Positions 38,051 to 50,284 of a stretch of 64,000 bases of DNA are shown in pieces. This stretch comes from Dictyostelium discoideum (taxonomy: Eukaryota). The translations under genes and the position numbers were made by a program. The stretch spans positions 3,584,001 to 3,648,000 of the forward strand of contig CM000154.2 of the NCBI GenBank assembly GCA_000004695.1, given 5' to 3'. The notes under the pieces are model-generated. The model was not told the origin of the DNA. It saw only the letters and a list, made by a program, of their open reading frames with translations, and ran no database searches. Within the stretch, counting starts at the first letter, position 1; each line of letters starts with the position of its first letter.

Positions 38051-38479
38051 ATGGTGTGTATAATTATTCATTATGTTTTGTCAATAGTTTGACATTTTTA
38101 AAAATCATAATATAAATACTAATTTATCTATATTATTATTATCATTATTATTATCAGTCAGACGAAAAAACACAATTAATTGAAGCTTTTTACAATTTCG
38201 ATGGAGACTATGATGGTTTTGTTAGTGTAGAAGAATTTAGAGGAATTATTAGAGATGGTTTACCAATGACTGAAGCTGAGGTATGTTATTTTTAAACAAA
38301 AAGAAAATTGTATATAATATAAAGTTAAATTACCACATTTTATTTTTATACTCACTCTCAACCTTCATTTTAAATAATTACAGATCACAGAATTCTTTGA
38401 AGCAGCTGATCCAAATAATACAGGTTTTATTGATTATAAAGCATTCGCTGCAATGTTATATTCAGTTGATGAATCATAA
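38051..38479 (+). CDS. small EF-hand calcium-binding protein (~73 aa; 3 exons, first exon possibly ATG only)
   Basis: Exon 2 is 38158-38280 (acceptor TTATCAG): SDEKTQLIEAFYNFDGDYDGFVSVEEFRGIIRDGLPMTEAE, with a canonical 12-residue EF loop DGDYDGFVSVEE. The donor is GAG|GTATGT. The intron is 38281-38383 and ends TTACAG. Exon 3 is 38384-38479: ITEFFEAADPNNTGFIDYKAFAAMLYSVDES* (degenerate second EF hand). An ATG at 38051-38053 immediately followed by GTGTGT is a candidate 3-nt first exon (phase 0). That part is inference. Confidence 0.5.
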
Positions 38480-38484
38480 AAAAG

Positions 38485-38526
<42 letters not shown>

Positions 38527-39536
38527 TTCAAGACAAACTAAATCAAAAAGACAATACCAAAAAAAAAAACAAAAAACACTTATTTATAAAATGTAATAAT
38601 ATATAAAACCTTTTTTTTTTTTTTCTTAAAAAGAAATCATAAACCAAACTCCTTTTATTTATTTATTTATTTATTTATTTATTTCATTTCTGTCATTTTT
38701 TTTATTTTGGTTGTCTTGGTTTTTTAATTTTAAAACATGGGGTTGGATTGGATTTTTTACTTTTTTTTTTTTTTTTTTTTTAAACATATTTTTTTTTTTT
38801 TTTTTTTTTTAAACATATTTTTATTTATTTTTTTTTCTTTGTTGTTATTCTTTTTTTTAATTATTCTTTTTTTTTTTTTTTTGCAATTGGAATTAATTTT
38901 TAACAGCATAAATAAAATGTTTTAATAAAGTAATTAAAAAAAAAAAAATTTGTAGAATAATTACCACACTTGGAATTTTTTTCATAGTGTTGAACATTTC
39001 AATAAATATTCCATTTTCACACAGGTGAATCATATTTGATGCATTAATTTTTTTTATTTTTATTTTTTATTTTTTATTTTTTTTTTTATTTTGTTTTTAA
39101 TATTTTATTTATTTTTGGAAATACATTTTTACCCTAATCTACACATAATTTACTAAATTTATCACTTTTATTATTAAAATTCATTTTTTATTTTTTATTT
39201 TAATTTAATTTTTTTAATATTTTTTTTTTTTTTTTTTTAATAATTTAATTATTAAAAAAAAAAATATTTATAAAGTCATTAAATGTTAAAAAATAATAAA
39301 TATTGTCAATTACACAATAATATTGATTTTGTTGAAAAAAAGATTATAACAAATAAAAAACCATTACTTATTAAAAATAAAAAACACAATATCAATAGAG
39401 TTGATTCAATTGACTTAATTTCAATGTACCTTTAAAAAATAAAAATAATAAAAAAATAATTTATAAAAAAAAAATAAAATAAAAAAAAAAAAAAAATAAT
39501 AAAGATAATAAATAAATAATTAAACAAAATAAAATA

Positions 39537-39539
39537 AAA

Positions 39540-39602
<63 letters not shown>

Positions 39603-39603
39603 A
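39537..39603. repeat. (AAAT)n microsatellite, ~17 units
   Basis: It lies directly upstream of the ATG at 39616. The antisense ORF 39461-39712 (LFIYLFIY...) is a spurious read of it. Confidence 0.85.
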
Positions 39604-39615
39604 AATAAATAAATA

Positions 39616-42600
39616 ATGACATTAATATCAATAATAAAAAAAAATTTAATTGGTGTGATAATAATACTTGCAATTGGACTACATATAACATTAATATATA
39701 AATATTCAACATTCAGTTTTATAAATAATAAAAATAATAGGAATAATTTACCACCACAACATCAACAACCTTCAAATATTCAACATAATATTCAACATGA
39801 TATTCATCAAAAACCACATTATTCAAATAAACAATCACAAAAAACTCAACAACAAAATGAATCACCATTAGAAGGTCAAAAATTTATTTATTCAAAACAA
39901 AAGGAAAAGATTTTAAAATATATCGATTATAAACAATTTGGTTTATTTAATGGTGGTGGAGGTGTTATAGTTAATTCAAAGCCATCAAATACAAATGATA
40001 ATGGTGGTATTTATAAGGATTTAAATTTAAATGAATTGGATGAAATTTCATCTTGGAGTCCAAATACTATTGTTGATTTTAATAAGAGACATGGTGATGA
40101 TTCATTACCTTCAATATGTTCAGAGATTGATTTTCAAGAGATTAAAACTTGTGAAGGATCAAATTATTATCGAGCAATGGTAACACCAACACCAGTATTA
40201 GATGAGAATTCAATGAATTATACTTTGAAACCAAATTCACAATATAGAGCAAAGTTTAACTATTACCCAAGAGAATTCTCCAAACAACCTTTAATTACAA
40301 TTTTAACAGCATTTTATAATATTGAGCCCGATATATTTGAAGAATCGGCTGCAACTGTTTTTGGCCAATCACTTCAAAATTTCGAATGGGTAATTGTAAA
40401 TGATTGTTCACCAAATCAAACATTGGTTGATTTATCACTTGGAAAGTATAGAGAATTGGCAAAGATTGATCCAAGAATTGTTATTATAGATTTAAAAAAG
40501 AATGTTCGTTTACCTGGTGCAAGAAATGCTGGTGTTAAAGTTGCACGTGGTAAATATATTGTTTCATTGGATCCTGATGATATGTTTGAAAATACCTATT
40601 TGGAAAAAGCAGTTTGGTTCTTAGAAACCCATAAAGAATATACACTTTGTAATGCTTGGACTGTTGGTTTTGCAAATAAATCTTATGTTTGGAAAAATGG
40701 TTATCATAATGGTGATAGAAATTTAAAAGAAAATCAAATTACTGTTGCTTCAGTAATGAGAGTAAGTTTAATTAAAAAAAAATTTAATAAAAATTAATAT
40801 ATATATATATTAATAAATAAAAATTTTTTTTTTTAAATAGACTCAAGCATTAAGAGATGTTGGTGGATTTGATAGTAAATTAATTCATGGTATGGAAGAT
40901 TGGGATCTTTGGATAAGAATGGCTGATAATGGTCATTGGGGACATACATTAGAAGAATTTCATTTTTGGTATCGTGTTAGTCCACCAGGTAAATGGGACG
41001 CAATTGATAATTTAGCAAAGTTTAATGCATTTTTAGAGAATCAACAAGTAAAATATAAAAATGCCTATGGTAAAGGTGTTCCAAAATTATCAAGACCTCC
41101 ACAAGAAAAGATGGAAGCAGTGGATGATTTAATTCCATTTGAAAATAATTTAAAGAAATGTAGACCACGTGTACTTTTATTAATACCATACATGGAAGTT
41201 GGTGGTGCTGATCAATTCAATTATAATTTTGCTCAAGGAATGGTTTTAGATGGTTGGGAAGTTAGTATTGCTACAACCAAAACCTCTGATAATAAATGGT
41301 TCCCACAATTTGCAAGAGTTACTCCAGATATATTTATAATGCCAAGATTCTCTAAAAATACTGATCAATGTAGATTCCTTGCATATTATATTAAATCAAG
41401 ACAATTTGATGTGGTTTATGTTAGTAATTCAGAACAAGCCTATCATTATCTCTCTTATTTAAGAGCAAATGCACCTGGTCCTGCCTATATAGATTATACT
41501 CATTCAGAGACTCCAAAATGGAAAGATGGAGGTTATGCACGTTATAGTTTTGGTTCAGAGAAATTATTGGATAGATCAATTTTTGCATCGGAACATCTTC
41601 GTCAATATTGTATAAGAAGAGGTCATAATGCAAATAAAACAGCAACTGTTTTAATTGGTATCGATAGTGATAAATATGTACCAAAACCAGAGAATAGAGC
41701 AATTATTCGTAAAGAGTTGGGCTTTCCCGATAATGTTTTGGTAATTGTATTTGTTGCACGTTTAGAATCTGAAAAACAACCAGAAGTATTTGCAGAAGTT
41801 TTAAGAAGAGTTGATGAAATGGGTTATGATTTTAGAGCGATTTCAATTGGTGGTGGTTTATTATTTAATGATTTAAATGAAACTATTTCAAAGAGTGGAT
41901 TATCAGAAAAGGTTAGATTACTTGGTAATATTCCAAACTCTCAAGTATCAAAATATGTATCTGGTTCGGATGTTTTCTTCCTCCCATCAAAAGTTGAAGG
42001 TATTTCATTGGCAATCTATGAAGCTATGTCTCAACAAGTTTGTGCAGTATCAGCAAAAGTTGGTGGTCAAGCTGAATTGGTAACTCCAGATGTTGGGTTT
42101 TTAGTTGTACCTGGTACACCAACTGAAGTTGATGAATATACAGAGATCATTGCAGATTTGGCAAGTAATCTTACATTGGCATCTGAGTTGGGTAAGAAAT
42201 CATTGGAAAAAATATTGAATGGTTTCTCTGTAAAGGATACACTTCATAGAATGAAAGAAGAATTTTGTAACTCTGCCATTGTAACACGTTATACTACTCC
42301 AATGTTTACCAATAAATTATTTTCAAAACTTTCAAATGAACAAGCAGTCTTGGGTCATGAATATGAAAGAGCAATCGATGAACTTTTACCAATGTGGAAT
42401 CAACTTACATCTTTAACAAAACAATTAGCACCACCACCAACTTTAACCGAAAAAGAAATTAAACGTAAACCATCACCCTATCCATTACATAAACCAGAGG
42501 AAGTTTTAGATTCAATCAATATAACAGGTTTAAGAGTTGTAGAGAATATAATGATTGAAAAGAAAAAAGTTGATAGAAAAATGAAAATTATACTTAAAGA

Positions 42601-43711
42601 TTTTCAAGAACAATTCATTAGAAGAAATCCAAAATTTGCTGATAAACAATTGGTCCCAAATGAATTCCTTCATCAATATAATCATGGTGTTGATAATTGG
42701 GATGATGAATTACCTTATCCATATCAACAACAAGAATATGTTGCATATATTCCAAATGCATTTGTTGGTACAGGTGAATCTGCAACCATTTTCGATTGGG
42801 ATAGAGTTTTTCTTTTAAATTATTCACCAACTCAACAAGAAACCTTTACAATGCCATTAGAAGAATCAAGAATTTGTCATGTTGAAAAAACAAAAAAAAT
42901 GGTTACCCTTTTACAAAAACAATTCTCTTTTGAAAATTTTATAATAGATCAACTTCCAAAATTATCATTAGTACTTGAAGAATTAGAACTTGATCCAGAA
43001 ATTAAAATACTTGTACCATTTACAGATTTTGCTAAAACCATTATGGTTGATACATTAAAGTTCTCACCAGATAGAATCATTTATTTTAAACCAGGATCTG
43101 GTTGGGATCCATGTGTTGTTTTCTTTGCAAATACTTTATTACTTCCAACACCAATACCACCTGGTCAACCACCAAGAGAAATGATTTCAAAACTTCGTGA
43201 TTACTTTTATCAAAAGAACGATATAGATATTGTTGCTCCTATTAATAGAAATGTTATAATGTATGCCTCAAGAAAATCAACATTATCTCCATTGAGAAAA
43301 GTTTCAAATGAACAAAAAGTTATTGAAACCATTAAAAACATTTTACAATCTCAAGGTGAAGGAAAATATGAATTCATCGAATGGGATGGTTTGGAAACTA
43401 TTACACCAGAGTTGGTTCAATTATCCAGTCGTGTTAAAATTTTAATTGGTATGACAGGAGCAAATTTATTACCAATGGTAGTTTGTCAACCAAATACAAT
43501 CGTTGTAGAATTTATGCATGAAAATCCTTGGTTATCATTTTGGAGTACATCTGAATCATTACAACATGAAAATTGGATGATTCCAATTAAAGCAACATCC
43601 CATGATTCTTTAGAAATTCAAGTACCAATTGATCAATTAACAAATACTTTAAATCAAATTTTTAATCCTCAACAACAACAACAACAATCTTCTTCGTCTA
43701 ATTCCAAATAA
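39616..43711 (+). CDS. type II membrane, triple-domain glycosyltransferase: GT2 + GT4 (group 1) + GT61/DUF563-like (1339 aa; 2 exons)
   Basis: Exon 1 is 39616-40761 (signal-anchor IGVIIILAIGLHITLIY; GT2 motifs ILTAFYN...VIVNDCSPN...GARNAG...YIVSLDPDD). The donor is AGA|GTAAGT. The intron is 40762-40840 and ends AAATAG. Exon 2 is 40841-43711 in phase (..GGFDSKLIHGMEDWDLWIRM = GT2 ED..W motif; GT4 region VLLLIPYMEVGGADQ.. with an E-x7-E (EGISLAIYE); C-terminal KILIGMTGANLLPMVVCQPNTIVVEFM matching the GT61/DUF563 G.HGAGL.N..F.P...V.E signature). Confidence 0.7.
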
Positions 43712-43938
43712 TAAAAAAAGAGATTAAGAATAATTTTATTATTTCTTTATACTATTTTTTTTATTATTATATTATTAATAATTTTTTTTTTTTTTAAATA
43801 ATTTATTTAATTTTTTTATATTTTTTTTTTATTTTTTTTTATTCTAAACATTTATAGTTTTATATTATTATTATTATTATTATTATTTATTTTAAAATCT
43901 TTTTTTTTTTTTTTTTTTTTTTTTGTTTTTATTTTTTT

Positions 43939-46336
43939 TTAAAAATCTTCGTTATCTTGTAAATCATTATCATTTAAAATTTGAGCATCATCATCTTCAA
44001 TACCAAATTCATCATCAGCTAATGAGTTTGGTTTAATACCGATAACACTATATTTTGGACCGACCTTTGAAAAACCAACCATTTTTAATAATTTTTGTTT
44101 GAAATCTGGATTCTTAAAAACGTAGAAACCAAAACCACCAAGACCAGCTAAAGCAAGAATAGCAATAACAACACCAGCGATCCAACCTTTGCCACCACTT
44201 GAAGAATTTTTTGATGGACACATGACAATCTCTGGTGAATAAGTTGCATTAACACCACCTACACATTGTGTGGCAGCGACTCTTCTGAAACCTTTTGATT
44301 TGATATAGGTTTGACCTGGTGTACAATTTTCTTCAGTGATTGGAACATATTGTGAAGCAATTGATTTACGACAATTCAATTGTTCTGAAGATCCAGATGG
44401 AATACCAGAGGTAGAACCATCATTATCGGAACTGCTATCGTCTGCACTTTCGTAACCAATATCACATTCAAAATCTTCGACTGTACATTCACAATATTTA
44501 TTTGAAATTTGTGCTTGTTGGGTCATATAACAATTGGTATTTGGTTTAACAGTTCTATAAGTTGTTTTTTCACCTAAAATACAACGAGTGGTATAAGATT
44601 GCATTGAGGAATCATCGCAAGGAGATGGCAATACATTTGTTAAATCAACACCAATCATTTGACCGATATCATATTCATCCTCTACTAAAAAGATGAATTT
44701 ATTTCCATCATTTCTTGGACTTGTAATGATATTGATGACATCAACATTTGATTTTAATGTCATATTGATTGCAATTGGTTTTTGATCAAGACCAAAGGTA
44801 TAGTAAAAGGTCTTTGTATCGTTCATAGCAGTTGCGAAAATAATTGAAGAACCATAGTTACCAAATTCATAGATGGTACCTTCATCAAAGAATTTAGACC
44901 ATGTTTGACCATTATCGGTTGATAAAACTGTTTTAACTCTACTTTTGATTGGATCGGATGATAAAGCTGGATTGGCATTACCAGTGGCAAGAATTAAACC
45001 TGGTGCACTAGCAATGGAATAGATTGGACCATAACCTCTGGTTTTATCGACAAAAGCAGAGAGACCATGAACATTTAATTTACAAGGACCACTTACTGTA
45101 CATGGCATATTAGTTGGTGGAGTGAGTCTGTTCCATCTACCACCATTATCATAGGAAATGAATGAAAGCATAGTTACTGGTGCTGTAGTGGTATCTCTGA
45201 AATTGCTAACTTTATTGTAGAGATAAGAACCTCTAGCACCAAAGAGTGGCATGAAATCATAGTAACCATTTGATGAGATTGAAACGTGATTCACTGAAAG
45301 TGTAAAGATATTACCTGCACCATTTGAAACGTAAACTGTACCAAATCTCTTGTTTGAAGTTTCACCATCTTTACTATTTGAAATACCCATGAAAATTGCT
45401 CCCGATGTATCATCAAGAATACGGAAATCATTTGGTTGAACATCTTCACCAAATGGGAATTGACAAAGAAGGAAACCATCCATGGTTGAAGTTACAACAC
45501 TCATTAAAGATTTGACGTAAAGTTTATTACCACCCTTTAATGCATCGATAACACCTACATAGTAGTAATAGTCGGTGTAAATCATATCGACGGCACCATT
45601 GATTAAGGTTTTGAAAGTTTTACCCATATCTTTTGAAACTGAAAATGCACCTGATCCTGTTTTTGATGCTAAAATTGCGAAAAACACTGCAGATTTCTCT
45701 GATGGATCCCATAATGGGTCGGTTGGAAAGCTTGAACCACCTGGTGTGAATAAAACATCACCATTGGATGATGCATTGTTCCATGTTAAACCAAAATCTT
45801 CACTAATTAAAATGAAATTATCGGAACGTGCAATCACTAAACCCTCAATATCTAAATGTGGTGAAACTGATACAACTTTATGTGGAAAAACTGCTGAGGT
45901 TGAAAATGTTTGACCTGCATCATTTGATACTGAAATTTGGGTTTTTCCATAAGATGGGAAATTTACAACCATAATATTATCATCTCTTTGATAATATCCT
46001 GCATTACCATAAATAATATTTCCTTGTTTATCAAGTACATTTGATGACCAATCAATACCACCATTTGTTGATCTTTTTAAAACATTCTTTGATCTTGTAT
46101 CTACAATTAATACATACTTTTTTTTTTTTTAATAATAAATAAAATATAAGTATTTTTTTTTTTTTTTTTCTTTAAAGATTCAATAAATGTTCACTTACAT
46201 CATCTTTATTTGTATATAATGGTTGAAATTGCTTCCAATTAATGCTGTTTTGCTTATAAGTTGGAATAGTATTTTGTGAAAGTGCTAAGCCAACAATAAT
46301 CGCTATAAAAATAAATAAAATAGATGAAATCTTCAT
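43939..46336 (-). CDS. VPS10-domain (sortilin-like) sorting receptor (2 exons)
   Basis: Exon 1 is 46336-46199 (MKISSILFIFIAIIVGLALSQ.. signal peptide; donor GAT|GTAAGT). The intron is 46198-46117 and ends A13+G. Exon 2 is 46116-43939. It has repeated S-x-D-x-G-x-TW Asp-box motifs (SNDAGQTFS, SEDFGLTWN, SKDMGKTFK, SYDNGGRWN, STDNGQTWS), a Cys-rich 10CC-like module, a TM (GWIAGVVIAILALAGLGGFGFYVF) and an acidic tail ..DDEFGIEDDDAQILNDNDLQDNEDF*. Confidence 0.7.
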
Positions 46337-47131
46337 TTTATAATTTCCTCCCTAAAATAAAAAATTAAAGAGTTAATATAATTGATTTTTACTTTTTTAA
46401 TTTATTTTGAACAAAAAAAAAAAAAAAAAAAAAAAAATTTAGTATATCAAAATATCTCTTTAATTTTCATACAATTTGTTTATATAAACAGATAGTGAAG
46501 AAAAATAATATAAATAAAAAAAAATAAAAAAAAAAATTGAAAATTTGGAAAAAAAAAAACTTTTTTTTTTTTTTTTTAAAAAATAAAAAAAATTAAAAAA
46601 ATAATTAAAAACCTAAAAAATCAAAAGTTGGAAAAAAAAAATAAAAAATAAAAAAGAAAGAAATAAAATAATTTCTGTAAAGGTGAAGTGGTTTGGATTT
46701 TTAAAAATAATAAAAAATAAAAAAAATAAAAATAAATAAAAATATAAAAAAAAAAAAACAAAGATAAAAAAAATAAAAAAAATAAAAAAATAATAAAAAT
46801 AATAAAAGATTTAATTAAACCACACTTTTTTTTTTTTTTTTTTTAAAAAAAAATCCAAAATAATTAAATAAAAAAAAAAAAAACAGAGAAAAACCCCATC
46901 CTGGGGAAAAATGAAATAATATATATACTAGAAGGTTATACTTTTATTTATTTGTTTTTATATATATTTACAACTTTAAAATAAAATAAATTAATACAAA
47001 TTTATTTTTTTAAAAAAAAAATAAAAAAAAAAAAATAAAAAAATAAAAATAAAAATTAAAATAAAAAAGTCGTTGGAAAAATCTTTCGAAATACGTCATT
47101 ATTTTATGCGTTAGCACTAATGAAAATTATC

Positions 47132-47174
<43 letters not shown>

Positions 47175-47301
47175 CTTTTTTAATTTTTTATTTAAATATT
47201 TTTATTTTTTATTTTATTTTATTTTTTTTTCTTATACTTTTTCTTTCTCTCATTTTTTTAAGAAATTTTATTTTTTTTTATTTTTTTTATTTTTTATTTT
47301 T

Positions 47302-47378
47302 ATTATTTATTATTTATTATTTATTATTTATTATTTATTATTTATTATTTATTATTTATTATTTATTATTTATTATTG
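47302..47378. repeat. (ATTTATT)n heptanucleotide microsatellite
   Basis: It abuts the stop codon of the thioesterase gene. It is the same unit as at 30262-30345. Confidence 0.8.
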
Positions 47379-47984
47379 TGATATCTTTGGTGGTTGTGGA
47401 TATAAAATGATTTCAGTGCATCTAAAGAAAGCTAATTTTCTATTATTATGTGTGACTACAGCATCCCAAACTTGAGAAGTTTTACCAGCATGTAATAAAG
47501 TTGAAGTACATTGTAATAGATCACCTTCTTTAGCAGTTCCTATAAAATTTGACTTTAATTCTATAGTTGTGAAACCAATTGAATTTTTTGGTAATTTTTT
47601 AAAACATGCATATCCACAAGAAGTATCAGCTAATGTTATAATGCTACCTGCATGTACATATCCATTTGATGCCAAGTGATTCTTTGTAATTGGTAATTCA
47701 ATTGTAACTGATTCATCACCAACATCTTTAACATTTAATCCCATATAATTTGGTAAACCAATACCACCTCTTGTTTTTAAAATATATAACCATTGTTCAT
47801 TTGTAAATTCTAAATTTTTCTCATTCTTTATTTTCATAAATTCTTTCATATCTTTAATTTCACCAAGTTTAATATGATCAAGTGTTGCTTCACTTGAAAA
47901 TAATCTAAAATTATTCTTCAATCCATTATTACGAGTACTTGATAAAAGTACACTTTTTATAATATTACATTTACTACCAAACAT
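47373..47984 (-). CDS. hotdog-fold acyl-CoA thioesterase (PaaI/THEM2-like 4HBT family), probable mitochondrial presequence
   Basis: Single exon, 203 aa. The core NGYVHAGSIITLADTSCGYAC...GFTTIELKSNFIGTAKEGDLLQCTSTLLHAGKTSQVWDAVVTH matches the PaaI/ACOT13 hotdog thioesterase pattern. The N-terminus MFGSKCNIIKSVLLSSTRNNGLKNNFRLFSS is basic, hydroxylated and non-acidic, as in a mitochondrial presequence. Confidence 0.65.
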   Translation of the reverse strand: MFGSKCNIIKSVLLSSTRNNGLKNNFRLFSSEATLDHIKLGEIKDMKEFMKIKNEKNLEFTNEQWLYILKTRGGIGLPNYMGLNVKDVGDESVTIELPITKNHLASNGYVHAGSIITLADTSCGYACFKKLPKNSIGFTTIELKSNFIGTAKEGDLLQCTSTLLHAGKTSQVWDAVVTHNNRKLAFFRCTEIILYPQPPKISQ

Positions 47985-48185
47985 TTTTATTATTTATTAA
48001 ATTTTTTAAAAAAAAAAAAAAAAATGAAATTAAAAAAGTAAAAAAAAAAAAAAAAAAAAAAAATAAGGGCGGGTGTAAAATTTTATGCGGCGTTGGTGGC
48101 TTTTACAAACAAAAAAATAAAAATAAAAATAAAAAGAAATTAATAATAGATATTTTTATTTTTTTTTATTTTTTTTTATTTTTTT

Positions 48186-49463
48186 TTAAACAATAATTAA
48201 ATTTTCATCAATTTGATTTTCTTGATTTAATAAATGATGATGTGGATATGGTTTTGGATGACCATTTGAATCAGCATGTGGTTTTTTAAGATTTTTGGCT
48301 AATTCTTGTTCGATAGCTTGAGCACTTTCAATTTTATTTTTAATAACTTCTCTTGATTCTCTTGCTGCATCATTAAATTTATATCTTAGTTCATTTAATT
48401 TTTCAATTGTTGGTTCACCATAATTATCTTTTAAATCTTTAAAGATATTGTAATTTGCTTTTTCAATCTCTTTAATTAATGAATTGAATTCTTTTTCAAT
48501 ATTTGAAGGTTCGTCATTGAGTTTCTCTTTAATTTGTTCTTTTTTCTCTTGAATATTGTGTAACAATTCTTTAGATTTTTGACCAAATTTATAAATTGCT
48601 TCATCTACTGAATCTAGTACTTTGTTTTCCAAATTTTCAATCTTCTCTCTTACCATTGGTATGGCATCGCTTGAGGGGTAGTATATATTCTGGCTGTTGT
48701 AAACATCCTTATTGTATGGTGTTGGTGCACCTGGGTGTGGCTTCAATTGACGTTCGATCTCTTGCTTAATCATCTCTTCATTCACATAATGGGTTGGATC
48801 AAGAAAAAATGTTTTCTCCTTAATTGCTCTTTCCAAATCTGTTCTTTTCATTCTCTCCATTTGATTCTCAATTGTTTTCTTATTATTATTATTATTATCT
48901 TGTTCTTGTTGGTGTCGTCTTAATGTTTTTTCAAGAATTTGTTTTTCGTGTAATCTATGACCGGCTGGCATGGTTTGCGATTCAGATAATGGTTTAATTC
49001 TTGCCAAATCTTTAAAACTGTCACTCCATATGTGGTACCAGTTGGTGGAAATATCTTTTAGAGAATGTAACCAAGTTTGACCAATTGGTTCAGTTAGATG
49101 GAATGGTTCAATTGGGTTCGGTTGGAACTGGTTGGTGTAGGTGCCATAGATAATACTACCGACTAATATTGTAATTAAAACTTTAAATACATTTCTAATA
49201 CGTGTGTTTGAACGTTGTTTACTTAATTCTTCAATTTCATTAATTTGTTGTTCTTGAAGTTCTTGTAATTCATATAATTGTTGGTCATGTAATTGTTTTA
49301 ATTCTTGTTGTTGTCTATTTAAAAAATTCTCTTCACTATCTCTATATCTACTACTATTTGAATTTGTTGAATATGTTGTATTTGTTAAATTTTGGTTTTG
49401 AACCCTTTTTCTAACAGATGTTGGAGATACAATTAATTTTTTAGTTCTTGTTGGTGTTGACAT
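48186..49463 (-). CDS. hypothetical coiled-coil membrane protein (425 aa, one TM)
   Basis: Single ORF with MSTPTRTKK.. and a poly-basic/Ser N-terminus. It has heptad-rich stretches (QQELKQLHDQQLYELQELQEQQINEIEELSKQ), one TM (FKVLITILVGSIIYGTYTN), and a C-terminal His/Pro-rich tail. No enzymatic domain was recognised. Confidence 0.55.
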   Translation of the reverse strand: MSTPTRTKKLIVSPTSVRKRVQNQNLTNTTYSTNSNSSRYRDSEENFLNRQQQELKQLHDQQLYELQELQEQQINEIEELSKQRSNTRIRNVFKVLITILVGSIIYGTYTNQFQPNPIEPFHLTEPIGQTWLHSLKDISTNWYHIWSDSFKDLARIKPLSESQTMPAGHRLHEKQILEKTLRRHQQEQDNNNNNKKTIENQMERMKRTDLERAIKEKTFFLDPTHYVNEEMIKQEIERQLKPHPGAPTPYNKDVYNSQNIYYPSSDAIPMVREKIENLENKVLDSVDEAIYKFGQKSKELLHNIQEKKEQIKEKLNDEPSNIEKEFNSLIKEIEKANYNIFKDLKDNYGEPTIEKLNELRYKFNDAARESREVIKNKIESAQAIEQELAKNLKKPHADSNGHPKPYPHHHLLNQENQIDENLIIV

Positions 49464-49494
49464 TATTTTATTATATTTTATTTCATATGTATAT

Positions 49495-49580
49495 ATTTAC
49501 ATGTGAGTTTATTTGTATATGTGAGTGAGGTGTAGGTGAAAGGTGTAGGGTAGGTGTGGGTGTGTGTGCTTGTCAATAAA
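49495..49580. promoter_or_regulatory. G/T-rich (G-box-like) island immediately upstream of ATG 49463
   Basis: CATGTGAGTTTATTTGTATATGTGAGTGAGGTGTAGGTGAAAGGTGTAGGGTAGGTGTGGGTGTGTGTGCTTG. A second island lies at 49735-49780 (TGTGTGGGTGGGTGTGTTTTAGTGTGTGTTTG). Confidence 0.35.
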
Positions 49581-49871
49581 TAATAATAATGATAATAATA
49601 ATTATTTTTTTAATTTTACTTTTTTTTATTATTAGTTTGTAATTTAAAAAAATAAAAAAATGGCTTTTTTTTATTTTTTATTTTTTTTTAATTAATGCAA
49701 TGTCATAAAAATCTATCCAAGAGATTTATTATTTAGTGTGTGGGTGGGTGTGTTTTAGTGTGTGTTTGTATAGAAGAGTATGTTTTTTTAATTAAATCGA
49801 ATTTTTTTTATTTTTTTATTTATTTATTTTTTATTTTTTTTATTTTTTTTTTCTAAAACTAATTTCCTTTT

Positions 49872-49907
<36 letters not shown>

Positions 49908-50173
49908 AAAAATAAAAAAAAAATAAAAATAAAAATAAAAATAAAAATTAAAAATAAAAATAAAAATAAAATAAAAAAAATAAAAATTAATTTTATCTAA
50001 ACAAGGAATTAATTTAATTAAAAAATAAAATTAAAAATAAAAATAAAACTACTGAAAAATTAGTTTCAAATAATTTGAGTAGTAATAAAAAAAAGTAGAG
50101 AAGGCTTTCAATTAATAATCTTTTATTTTAATTGATTAAATTTATTTAAAAAAAAAAAAAAAAAAGATTATTT

Positions 50174-50210
<37 letters not shown>

Positions 50211-50232
50211 TTCCACTGACAACTGATTTATT

Positions 50233-50271
<39 letters not shown>

Positions 50272-50284
50272 TGTAAAAACAAAA

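Noticed and set aside
38283-38606. 107-aa plus-strand ORF
   Set aside because: It reads through the EF-hand gene's intron 2 and continues into the 3' poly-A. The correct structure is the spliced 3-exon model.
47120-47410. 96-aa ORF full of FIIYYLL repeats
   Set aside because: A translation of the (ATTTATT)n microsatellite and poly-A run, antisense to the thioesterase 3' end.
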